A stretch of 64,000 nucleotides of DNA. It comes from Pseudomonadota bacterium (GTDB lineage: Bacteria > Pseudomonadota > Gammaproteobacteria > JAKAQQ01). The notes below the pieces were generated by a model. The model had not been told where the DNA came from and ran no database searches. It saw only the letters and a list, made by a program, of their open reading frames with translations. Position 1 is the stretch's first letter; each line of letters opens with the position of its first letter. The position numbers were made by a program, and so were the translations under genes. This document shows, piece by piece, positions 27,055 to 35,855 of this stretch. Where the stretch lies: contig DAHVLZ010000018.1 of the NCBI GenBank assembly GCA_027320085.1, positions 96,214 to 160,213 on the forward strand, in the 5' to 3' direction.

Positions 27055-28194
27055 TTATGGATCCGGGTCATGAAACGGGCCGATTCCATCCCCCCGTCCA
27101 ATCTTGAGCTCCTGGCCTTTCCAGTTCACCTGCCTTGAGAAGAAGGCAGCCACCCATTCCACGAGCGTCAGGAAATCGCGGATCGGAACCAGCCACACGG
27201 GGCCCGTCTCCACACCCAGGCATCGGGCAGATCGATAATGTAGCACAAGACGCAGGATGACGGCCAAAGCGATCCCGGGAATCGCCATCCCTCCGGCGCC
27301 GCATGCCAATGCGATACCCCCCCCCAGGATGAGCGGCGAGCCCAGTGTGATCCAATAAAAGGCAAATCCCCAGGGATCGACAAAACGGATGGTCCTAAGC
27401 CAGCGCAGTTCGTGATTCCACAGGGCGGAAAGACAGTCCTCGGTGAGGCGGGTCCGGACAACAAAGGGTGCCAGCACGACGTCCAGTCCCTGTTTGCGGA
27501 CGAGCTCGCCCATTCGGTAATCATCTGCGAGACAGTCCGCGAGGGCGCCGAAACCGCCGATGTGGTCGAGGGTTTCCCGTCTGAGCGCCAAAGTGGCCCC
27601 GAAGGCAAAAGCCCGTGATCCGAGCAGCCAGGCGACCCAGACGGAAGGCGCAAATCCATCATTGATGAAGAGCATGCCGAGACGCGCCCAGAACGTCTCG
27701 CCGCCCGAGCCCCCATACAGGCAGGTCACGAGTCCCTTCCGTTTGTCCCCGAGAGGCGGTACGAGACGGCTCAGGTAGTCCCGGGGCACGAGAATGTCGC
27801 TGTCAGAGATCACAATCCAGGGATGTCGTGCAAAGGGGTAGAGGTTGGAGAGGTTGTTCACCTTGGGATTGGCGCCGATCTGTTCGCCCGAGACCACGGT
27901 CCGGATGATCCGGTCGGGATATGCGGCACGGAGGTTATGAACCACAGTGAGGGCAGGATCATGGGGGTCCTGAAGTCCGAAAACGAGCTCATAGTCCGGA
28001 TAGTCCTGGTCGCAAAAGGAACGGAGACAGGCTTCGAGACCCGGCTCATGTCCGTGGAGCGGTTTGAGAATGGAGACGGGGAGGAGGGGAGTTGCGTCCC
28101 CACCGGCTTTGGCCCAGCGTGCCATGGCCAGCACGCTCGTGAGCGCGTACGCGGAAGGGAGCCCGAGGAGAAGAAGGCCCAGAAAAGTAAGCAT
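27055..28194 (-). CDS. hpnI: Bacteriohopanetetrol glucosamine biosynthesis glycosyltransferase HpnI
   Basis: VSILKPLHG, GANPKVNNL, SDSD, LADDY and HELRWLRTIR motifs; upstream of hpnJ. Confidence 0.93.
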   Translation of the reverse strand: MLTFLGLLLLGLPSAYALTSVLAMARWAKAGGDATPLLPVSILKPLHGHEPGLEACLRSFCDQDYPDYELVFGLQDPHDPALTVVHNLRAAYPDRIIRTVVSGEQIGANPKVNNLSNLYPFARHPWIVISDSDILVPRDYLSRLVPPLGDKRKGLVTCLYGGSGGETFWARLGMLFINDGFAPSVWVAWLLGSRAFAFGATLALRRETLDHIGGFGALADCLADDYRMGELVRKQGLDVVLAPFVVRTRLTEDCLSALWNHELRWLRTIRFVDPWGFAFYWITLGSPLILGGGIALACGAGGMAIPGIALAVILRLVLHYRSARCLGVETGPVWLVPIRDFLTLVEWVAAFFSRQVNWKGQELKIGRGDGIGPFHDPDP

Positions 28195-28478
28195 GAATCC
28201 TCATGCCAATCGCTTTCAGAGCCACTATAACGTATAACGAATGCCTGTCCGAACCGTTCGTCCGGCGGATGGACAGGGCCGGGGCGGCCTGGCCGCAGCC
28301 GGATCGGGCGGCGGTCGAATTCCCGTCTTCCAGTACAATGAACCATGAGTTTTTCAGGGGATGGCCCCGTAGGTGAAAACGGCTCTGCGCTTTAGGGGTA
28401 TCCATTCTGGCCAGAGGGCGGCCGGGGGTTGTTCTTCCGGACGAGCCGGCTTCGGATTGGGCTGAGAACGGGCCGGCC

Positions 28479-29468
28479 ATGCGGGTTTTGCTTACCGGTG
28501 CGAGCGGGTTTGTCGGCTCAGCCGTTCTCCGACAGCTTCTGGACCGTGGACATGAGGTCCGGGTCCTCGTCCGGCCCACGAGTTCGCGCACCAATCTCAA
28601 GGGATTGGATGTGGAAGCGCTCGAAGGTGACTTGCTGGACCCGGGTTCGCTGAACCAGGCGGGTCGTGGCTGCCAGGTCTTCTTCCATGTGGCTGCCGAT
28701 TACCGTTTGTGGACGCGGGATCCCGAACTGCTTCGGCGGACCAACGTCGAGGGAACACGGAATGCCATGAATGCGGCCATGGAAAATCGAGTCGACCGGT
28801 TTGTCTACACAAGTAGTGTCGCCACCTTGGGTCTTCATCCAGATGGACAACCTGCTGACGAGGAGACACCGAGTAACATCGGTTCAATGATCGGTCCCTA
28901 CAAGCGTTCCAAGTTTGAGGCGGAAGCACTGGTCAAGACATGGGTTCAAGACGGTCGCTTAGATGCGGTGATCGTGAACCCTTCGACTCCCGTGGGCCCA
29001 CGGGACATCAAGCCAACGCCCACGGGCCGGTTAGTCCGCGATGCGGCTACCGGCCACATGCCAGCTTATGTCGATACGGGGCTCAACATTGTGCATGTCG
29101 ATGACGTGGCCCGGGGGCACCTTCAGGCCCTCGACCGCGGCCGGAGAGGCGAACGCTATATCCTGGGTGGCGACAACCTGACGCTTCGAGATCTCCTGGG
29201 GGAGGTTGCGCGCTGTGCGCATCGCGCCCCGCCGCACCTCAGGCTCCCCCTGCGCCCACTCTGGCCACTCGCACTGGCCGCAGAAGCCTGGGGCCAAGTG
29301 ACGGGACGTGAACCTCGCCTGACGCGGGATGCCCTTGCGATGGCGCGGAAAAAAATGTATTTCTCAAGTGCCAAGGCGGAATCCGAATTGGGCTACGTGC
29401 ATCGCTCATCCCGGTTAGCCATCCGGGATGCGGTCCAGTGGTTTCTCGGACCTGATGCCGCCGAATGA
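28479..29468 (+). CDS. hpnA: Hopanoid-associated sugar epimerase HpnA
   Basis: TGASGFVG, FHVAADYRLW, YKRSK and PVGPRDIKPTPTG motifs. Confidence 0.93.
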   Translation: MRVLLTGASGFVGSAVLRQLLDRGHEVRVLVRPTSSRTNLKGLDVEALEGDLLDPGSLNQAGRGCQVFFHVAADYRLWTRDPELLRRTNVEGTRNAMNAAMENRVDRFVYTSSVATLGLHPDGQPADEETPSNIGSMIGPYKRSKFEAEALVKTWVQDGRLDAVIVNPSTPVGPRDIKPTPTGRLVRDAATGHMPAYVDTGLNIVHVDDVARGHLQALDRGRRGERYILGGDNLTLRDLLGEVARCAHRAPPHLRLPLRPLWPLALAAEAWGQVTGREPRLTRDALAMARKKMYFSSAKAESELGYVHRSSRLAIRDAVQWFLGPDAAE

Positions 29469-29569
29469 AAATCCAGTGGGGGGAGAGTAAACTGTACCGA
29501 TTAAGCCGGGTGCACCCCGTGGGTGCTGCCATTCCATGAGCGCATCAAGAACCGAGATGAGGATGGATC

Positions 29570-30655
29570 ATGTTTGATGAACGGCCCTCACGGGAGGCGG
29601 TCGACTTTCAGAAAGAGATTTTGGGCCGCGTTTCGCGGACCTTCGCACTCACAATACCGGAACTTCCCCAGGAACTCGGACTGGTCGTCGGGAATGCCTA
29701 TCTGCTTTGCCGCATCGCCGACACCATCGAAGATGAACCCCAGCTTCCGGCCGAGCGGAAAAGCGAATTTCACCGGGATCTCAACCGGGTCCTCGCGAAC
29801 CAGGAAGATGTCAACGCCTTTACGTTGCGACTCTCCTCGGCATTAAGGCAGGCCACCGCGTCCGAAAAAGAACTCGTTCAACGGCTCCCTCTCGTCATGC
29901 AGGTGACGGCGAGCACACAAGCCGCCGTCCGAGAGACGGTCGCCCGATGCCTCGGCATCATGTGCGAGGGGATGCCTTTTTTCCAACGGACTGTGAGCCT
30001 CCAGGGCTTGGCGACCCTCGACGAACTCGACCGTTATTGCTACTACGTGGCCGGCGTGGTGGGGGAGATGCTGACCGACCTTTTTTGCCTTCATTCGGAC
30101 ACGATCGCCGCCCGTCGTTCCCAGCTCATGCCCTTGGCGGTCTCGTTTGGCCAGGGCTTGCAGATGACAAACATCCTCAAGGATTTCTGGGAGGACCGGG
30201 CACGCGGGACTTGTTGGTTGCCCCGGGATGTGTTTGCCCGGACGGGATGCGATCTCGCAACGCTACAGCCCAACCGCCTGAATCCCGGATTCCACCCCGC
30301 GATGCAGCAACTGATCGCGGTGGCCATGCGGCACCTCCACAATGCATTGAGCTACTCCCTGCTCATCCCGAGGAAGGAAACCGGTATCCGCCGGTTTTGT
30401 CTGTGGGCGATCGGCTTTGCCGTCCTGTCGTTGCGCAAGCTCAATCAGTCGCCTGACTTCACGACAGGCTCGGAGGTCAAGATTTCACGACGGGCTGTTC
30501 GCGGGGTCACACGAGCCGTCCATTTTTCGGTCCGGAATGACTGGATGTTGCGCTGGCTTTTCCACCTGTCCAGCCGGGGGTTGCCTGATCTCCCGGCAGA
30601 TCTTTGTGTCGTGACTCCGCTTGACGGAAAGCCCCACTGGTCCCAGACCGATTGA
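29570..30655 (+). CDS. Squalene synthase, one-step FDFT1/SQS type (squalene/phytoene synthase family)
   Basis: VSRTFALTI, YLLCRIADTIED, YCYYVAGVVG, GLQMTNILKD and IRRFC...VKISR; directly upstream of shc. Confidence 0.85.
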   Translation: MFDERPSREAVDFQKEILGRVSRTFALTIPELPQELGLVVGNAYLLCRIADTIEDEPQLPAERKSEFHRDLNRVLANQEDVNAFTLRLSSALRQATASEKELVQRLPLVMQVTASTQAAVRETVARCLGIMCEGMPFFQRTVSLQGLATLDELDRYCYYVAGVVGEMLTDLFCLHSDTIAARRSQLMPLAVSFGQGLQMTNILKDFWEDRARGTCWLPRDVFARTGCDLATLQPNRLNPGFHPAMQQLIAVAMRHLHNALSYSLLIPRKETGIRRFCLWAIGFAVLSLRKLNQSPDFTTGSEVKISRRAVRGVTRAVHFSVRNDWMLRWLFHLSSRGLPDLPADLCVVTPLDGKPHWSQTD

Positions 30656-32676
30656 CCGACGTGTCCTTTCCCTCTGAATGCGAGGCACGGGTCGGCTCAT
30701 ATGTGGTCCCGGAAAATCCAGAGGGGTCAGCCCGGCTGGATGAGGCGATCCACTTGGCCGTCAGGAAGCTCCTTGACCACCAGCACCCCGATGGTCACTG
30801 GTGCTTCGAACTTGAGGCGGACTGCACCATTCCGGCGGAATACATTCTCCTCATGCATTACGTGGGTGAGGTGAATGAACCTCTCCAGGAAAAATTGCGC
30901 TGCTACCTCCGCCAGCACCAGGATCCAAGCCACGACGGCTGGCCCCTGTACGTGGGCGGTGGATTTGACCTCAGTTGCACGGTCAAGTCCTACTTTGCCC
31001 TGAAACTTGCAGGTGAGGATCCGGAATCGCCGGCCATGGCACGGGCCCGGGCGGCCATCCTTCATGCGGGAGGCGCAGCCCATTGCAACGTCTTTACACG
31101 CATCACCCTCTATTTTTTCCGTCAACTGCCAAGGCGGGCGATTCCGTTCATTCCGGTCGAGATCATCCTCCTCCCGCGGTGGTTTCCTTTTCATCTGAGC
31201 AAGGTCTCCTACTGGTCTCGGACCGTGATGGTGCCTCTTTTGATCCTGTGTTCGCTCCGAGCGCGGGCCGCCAACCCCCAAAAGACCGGGATCCGTGAGT
31301 TGTTCGTTGTTCCACCTGAAAAAGAACATCACTACTTCCGGATTCAAACACCGCTCGGCCGTTTCTTCCTGCTGCTCGACCGGATGGGGAGAACGCTCGA
31401 ACCCCTGGTTCCCCGCTTCGTCCGCCAGCGCGCGATCGACAAGGCTTGCCGCTGGTTTTGCGAGCGGCTTAATGGCGAGAGCGGGCTGGGAGCAATTTTC
31501 CCGGCCATGGTCAATGCTTACGAAGCACTTTTGTTGCTCGGGTACGATCGGGAAGATCCCCTGTGCCAGATGGCGCGAAGAGCCATCGACCGCTTGGTCG
31601 TGGAACGAGAGGGCGATGCCTACTGCCAACCCTGCGTTTCACCCGTCTGGGATACCGCCCTTGCCCTTCTGGCCTTGGAGGAAAGTGGGGAGTGCGGCGA
31701 TGCCCCGATCCGAAAAGGCCTGGACTGGCTCAGGGGGGAGCTTGTGACTGACGTGTATGGAGATTGGGCCCTCCAGCGGCCCCATCTGGCTCCCGGGGGC
31801 TGGGCGTTCCAGTATGCGAATCCCTACTATCCGGATCTCGATGACACGGCGGTTGTCGGGTGGGTGATAGACCGCTCAAAGTTTAAAATGCATTATATTG
31901 AATCTATTTGCAAATCAGCAGATTGGACGGCGGGCATGCAGAGCCAAAACGGTGGGTTTGCCTCATTCGACGCCGACAACACCCATTACTACTTGAATGA
32001 AATTCCGTTTGCAGATCATGGGGCACTGCTTGATCCCCCCACCAGCGATGTGAGCGCGCATGTCCTGGGATTCCTCGGACGCCTCAACCGTGATCAGGAC
32101 CGGGAAAGCATGGCACGTTGCCTGGGTTTCCTGAGATCCGAGCAAGAAGCGAATGGCGCCTGGTTTGGCCGCTGGGGGACGAACTACATCTATGGGACAG
32201 CCCATGTCCTGATCGCCCTCGAGGAAGCCCGGATCGACATGTCAGCCGATTGGATCCAGAAGGCGGCACACTGGTTGATCGCTCAGCAGCAAGAAGATGG
32301 GGGCTGGGGAGAAGGTAACGATACTTATTTCCATCCGGAACGGGCTGGCCGGGGGACGGAGAGCACCTCGTTCCAGACCGCATGGGCATTACTGGGCCTC
32401 ATGTCCTCAGGTCATGCCCGCTCACTTTCCGTCCAGCGGGGGATCGACTTTCTCGTACGGACCCAGAATCGGCAGGGCGACTGGTTGGATCGGGATTTCA
32501 CAGCCCCCGGATTTCCCCGCGTTTTCTACCTTAAATACCATGGCTACTCGCTTTATTTTCCGTTGTGGGCCTTGTCCCGTCACCGGCTGGAAACGGCCCG
32601 GAAGGTTCAGGGCAAGAGGGAGGTGAACACCCACCCGGACCAATCCAGGCGCTCCGATGGTTCCGGAGCCCGCTGA
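30652..32676 (+). CDS. shc: Squalene--hopene cyclase
   Basis: QHPDGHWCFELEAD, SYWSRTV, catalytic YPDLDDTA, QW repeats, GRWGTNY and GFPRVFYLKYHGY. Confidence 0.98.
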   Translation: MTDVSFPSECEARVGSYVVPENPEGSARLDEAIHLAVRKLLDHQHPDGHWCFELEADCTIPAEYILLMHYVGEVNEPLQEKLRCYLRQHQDPSHDGWPLYVGGGFDLSCTVKSYFALKLAGEDPESPAMARARAAILHAGGAAHCNVFTRITLYFFRQLPRRAIPFIPVEIILLPRWFPFHLSKVSYWSRTVMVPLLILCSLRARAANPQKTGIRELFVVPPEKEHHYFRIQTPLGRFFLLLDRMGRTLEPLVPRFVRQRAIDKACRWFCERLNGESGLGAIFPAMVNAYEALLLLGYDREDPLCQMARRAIDRLVVEREGDAYCQPCVSPVWDTALALLALEESGECGDAPIRKGLDWLRGELVTDVYGDWALQRPHLAPGGWAFQYANPYYPDLDDTAVVGWVIDRSKFKMHYIESICKSADWTAGMQSQNGGFASFDADNTHYYLNEIPFADHGALLDPPTSDVSAHVLGFLGRLNRDQDRESMARCLGFLRSEQEANGAWFGRWGTNYIYGTAHVLIALEEARIDMSADWIQKAAHWLIAQQQEDGGWGEGNDTYFHPERAGRGTESTSFQTAWALLGLMSSGHARSLSVQRGIDFLVRTQNRQGDWLDRDFTAPGFPRVFYLKYHGYSLYFPLWALSRHRLETARKVQGKREVNTHPDQSRRSDGSGAR

Positions 32677-33172
32677 AGGTTTTTTCCGACTGTTTGTCTA
32701 CGGGACGCTCAAGAGGGGTTTTGCCAATCATGAGCGATTTTGCGCGTCGGCTGTCCAAATCCGGACGGCACAGATCCGGGGACGGTTGTTCGAAACCCCA
32801 TGGGGACACCCGGTGGTCGCGCTGCCCGCCGGTGAGATTCTTGCACGCGGGAGCGCGGATCACGAATTGGATGGATCCCGCCAACGGGCGCTCGCCATGG
32901 AGCCCGCTCCACCGAAGTATCTCCCCGGGCAGGAGAAATCCTTTGGATGGGTCCAGGGCGAGCTTTTGGGTTTCTCAAATCCGCACGGCTGGCTTGTGGC
33001 GCTTGATCACTTCGAGGAGTTTGACCCGGTGGGTGGCGGGTCGCGTTTCGAACGCGTTCTGGTGCTGGCTTACCTCGATGAGTCGATTTCCATCCCGGCT
33101 TGGGTTTATGCAGGTGCGGGAATTTTGAGCGGTCATGCTTTCCCCGAAATTACCGGAGGACGGTGGCAATGA
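32657..33172 (+). CDS. Gamma-glutamylcyclotransferase (GGCT/AIG2-like) family protein
   Basis: LFVYGTLKRG-x-x-NH, V-x-GEL, LD-x-FE and AWVY motifs; overlaps the shc 3' end. Confidence 0.82.
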   Translation: MVPEPAEGFFRLFVYGTLKRGFANHERFCASAVQIRTAQIRGRLFETPWGHPVVALPAGEILARGSADHELDGSRQRALAMEPAPPKYLPGQEKSFGWVQGELLGFSNPHGWLVALDHFEEFDPVGGGSRFERVLVLAYLDESISIPAWVYAGAGILSGHAFPEITGGRWQ

Positions 33173-34319
33173 ATGGCCCAGCCACCGAGGCCTGTTGCAG
33201 GATCTGGACTGCCCGGACGTGATCCCCCCGGGACCCTATCCCCCGTTGGTGCCCGAGGCCAACCGGAATCGGCTACCTGCGAAGTTGATCCTGATCCGGA
33301 ATGATCGCCTGGGCGATTTTCTGCTGGCCTGGCCTGCTTTCGCCGTTTTACGTGCCGCCTTGCCCCAAACCAAACTGATCGCCTGGGTTCCTGCCTATAC
33401 CGAACCCCTGGCCCGGATCTGTCCCTCGATCGATGCCGTCGTGGTGGGAGACCCGCATCCCATCCGCTGGAGACGGATTCGTGAGGTGGCAGATGTCTTT
33501 CGCCGTCAGGAGGCCTCCGGGGCCGTGGTCTTTGCCACCCGGCTACCCCTGGCTTTGGCTTTGTGGCGCTCCGGAATCCGACACCGGATCGCGCCCGCCA
33601 CAAAAATTGACCAACTGTTTTACAACGAGACCCTGAAACAGCGGCGCTCCCAATCTCTCCGGCCCGAATGGGCTTACAACGTGGAACTCGCGTTTTCGCT
33701 GCTCGGCCGATACGGCATCCCCCCCACCTGGCCCGAACCACCATATCTATCCCTGGATCCGGTCCGGGTTGAGGAACGACGCCGCGAGTTTTTCGGCTCG
33801 GCCGGAATTCGGGAACTGGAGCACGTGATTTTCCTGCATCCGGGCCACGGGGGATCCGCCCCCAACTGGAGTCCTCAGGACTACGGCTACCTGGCCCGGC
33901 GATTGCTCGAGGATCCGGCTATCCACGTGATCGTGACGGCCGGGGCCGGGGAAGAGGAGGCGGCTCGCCGGGTGGTGGAGGCTGCCGGCGATCCCAGACG
34001 GGCGCACTGCTATTACTCCCAAGAGGGTCTGGTCGCCTTTGCCGAGCACATTGCCTTCGCAGACCTCTGGATCAGTGGATCAACCGGCCCCCTGCATCTC
34101 GCAGGCGCCCTGAACCGTCCGACCCTGGCTTTTTATCCCACCCATCGTTCGGGCCACGCGCTGCGCTGGCAGACCATCAACGAGGACGCCCGACGAGGGG
34201 CGCTGGACCTTGCGGAACCTGCCCAGGCCCGTGCCCGTCTCGATCAGGCCATCAACTGGATCCGGTCGCGTGATCTTGGGCGTTTTGCCGCTGTCTCACC
34301 CAGAGGTTGGCATACTTGA
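33135..34319 (+). CDS. Glycosyltransferase family 9 (LPS heptosyltransferase-like)
   Basis: IRNDRLGDFLL, FLHPGHGGSA-x-NW and SGSTGPLHLAGAL; the true start is probably a GTG at 33219 or 33249. Confidence 0.88.
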   Translation: MLSPKLPEDGGNEWPSHRGLLQDLDCPDVIPPGPYPPLVPEANRNRLPAKLILIRNDRLGDFLLAWPAFAVLRAALPQTKLIAWVPAYTEPLARICPSIDAVVVGDPHPIRWRRIREVADVFRRQEASGAVVFATRLPLALALWRSGIRHRIAPATKIDQLFYNETLKQRRSQSLRPEWAYNVELAFSLLGRYGIPPTWPEPPYLSLDPVRVEERRREFFGSAGIRELEHVIFLHPGHGGSAPNWSPQDYGYLARRLLEDPAIHVIVTAGAGEEEAARRVVEAAGDPRRAHCYYSQEGLVAFAEHIAFADLWISGSTGPLHLAGALNRPTLAFYPTHRSGHALRWQTINEDARRGALDLAEPAQARARLDQAINWIRSRDLGRFAAVSPRGWHT

Positions 34320-35046
34320 CGAAGGTCGAATGAGCCGATAGAACAGCCAGAAGCCAGCCTTCTGCCCCATCCCGGAATCCACCCCGCAGCACGTACATCC
34401 GAAACCCGCAACCGGCCGCGTGCCACCACCCCTGGGCCAGGGAGACCTTCATGCCCTGCCGCTCCTTCTCAATCGCCCATTCCCGGGCATAACGGGCGGA
34501 TTTGACCAAATACTGGTCCACGCTCGTATAACTGTAATGGAGGAGGGGCTGCTTGAGACGGCCTACCCGAACCCCCGGCGCGGGCAACAGTTTTTCGTGA
34601 ACCCGGGCACTGTCATAACGCCCGGCTTCCCGGTGGTAGAGGCGCGCGATCCAGTCCGGGAACCAGCCGCCGTGGTGGATGAACCGGCCAAAAACAGAGG
34701 TCAGTCGGGAAATCTCGTAGACTCGGGGGAGGTCTCCCTGCCGAAAGTCATCAACCACTTGCCGAATCTCACGCCCCAGCTCGGAACTCACCCGCTCATC
34801 CGCATCCACCATCAGCAACCATTCACCCCGTGCCAGGTCCTGGGCACGCTGGCGTTGGATGCCGAATCCCTGCCAGTCGGGCTGTGAAATAACGCGAGCC
34901 CCCATCCCCTGGGCCAACGACACCGTCTCATCGTCGCTGTTCGCGTCGAGGACCAGTTTTTCGTCGGCAAAATCCAAAGTGGCCAGGCAATCCCGGATGT
35001 GGGCTGCCTCATTCCTTGAAATCACGATTGCCGTGAGCGTGGTCAC
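34252..35046 (-). CDS. Glycosyltransferase family 2, LPS core beta-glucosyltransferase-like (WaaE/KdtX)
   Basis: NEAAHIRDCL, GFGIQRQRA, VDADER, VHE and GFRDG motifs. Confidence 0.9.
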   Translation of the reverse strand: MTTLTAIVISRNEAAHIRDCLATLDFADEKLVLDANSDDETVSLAQGMGARVISQPDWQGFGIQRQRAQDLARGEWLLMVDADERVSSELGREIRQVVDDFRQGDLPRVYEISRLTSVFGRFIHHGGWFPDWIARLYHREAGRYDSARVHEKLLPAPGVRVGRLKQPLLHYSYTSVDQYLVKSARYAREWAIEKERQGMKVSLAQGWWHAAGCGFRMYVLRGGFRDGAEGWLLAVLSAHSTFVKYANLWVRQRQNAQDHATGSS

Positions 35047-35152
35047 TGGACTCTGGTCATCGATAACCTGGGGTAAGGATACAATACCGGAGCGGCCGGC
35101 AACCCGTTCCGGCGCTTTGATCGGGTGGGCAGGTTTCGAGGCAGCAAGTTCG

Positions 35153-35488
35153 GTGAAAGATCGTTTTTTCAGGATTTATACCTTCCGGTCGGGTGACCCT
35201 CGCCATCTGGGCCCACGGCCCGGATCCGTCTTGCGGGTCGTTTTGGGGCTTGTCTTGCTCACTGTTTTCCTGTTCCTGATGTTGGCGCTTGGGTGGCTCT
35301 TCCTCCTGGCAGGTATCCTCCTCGGCCTTCCCTGGCTCGTTCGCGCTTGGTGGTCGGCGAAGCGGTCTGCCGGCAAGCAGGAACCCCGCACAGTTTCTGC
35401 TATCGATGGCCAGTGGCGGCCCTTGGACCCACCTGTGAGGCTTCCCGGCGCAAAGGAGCCTCCCGAAGACCGGGATCCTTCGTCGTGA
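35153..35488 (+). CDS. Small hypothetical membrane protein
   Basis: Two hydrophobic helices followed by an IDGQWR tail; GTG start at 35153. Confidence 0.55.
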   Translation: MKDRFFRIYTFRSGDPRHLGPRPGSVLRVVLGLVLLTVFLFLMLALGWLFLLAGILLGLPWLVRAWWSAKRSAGKQEPRTVSAIDGQWRPLDPPVRLPGAKEPPEDRDPSS

Positions 35489-35538
35489 TTTTGAGATCAT
35501 CCGATCGTTGAGGGCGAATCTGCGCCTCGTGAGCGAGT

Positions 35539-35847
35539 TCAGAGCTCGATCTCGACCTGCCCTTCGCGGATCCGGACCGGATAGCTGCGGATCGGTTCGT
35601 AGGCGGGCGGTGCCAGAACGGCACCTGTCCTCAGGTCGAAACAAGCCCCGTGACGGGGGCAGATCACCGTGGTGCCTTCGACCGGCCCGCCCGCCAGTTC
35701 GCCACCGTCATGCGTGCAGATATTCTCCACGGCGAGAGCCTCACCTTCAGTCCAGAAAACCGCGATGGAGGTACTGGGCAGCTCCAAGACAAAAAATCCC
35801 TCTTTTTTGAGCCTGTCGAACGGACACAAGGTGATCCAGGTTGCCAT
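35539..35847 (-). CDS. Rieske-type (non-heme iron oxygenase) ferredoxin
   Basis: CTHD...CPRHGACFDLRTG Rieske ligands; last gene of the suf operon. Confidence 0.93.
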   Translation of the reverse strand: MATWITLCPFDRLKKEGFFVLELPSTSIAVFWTEGEALAVENICTHDGGELAGGPVEGTTVICPRHGACFDLRTGAVLAPPAYEPIRSYPVRIREGQVEIEL

Positions 35848-35855
35848 GGGGGAGA

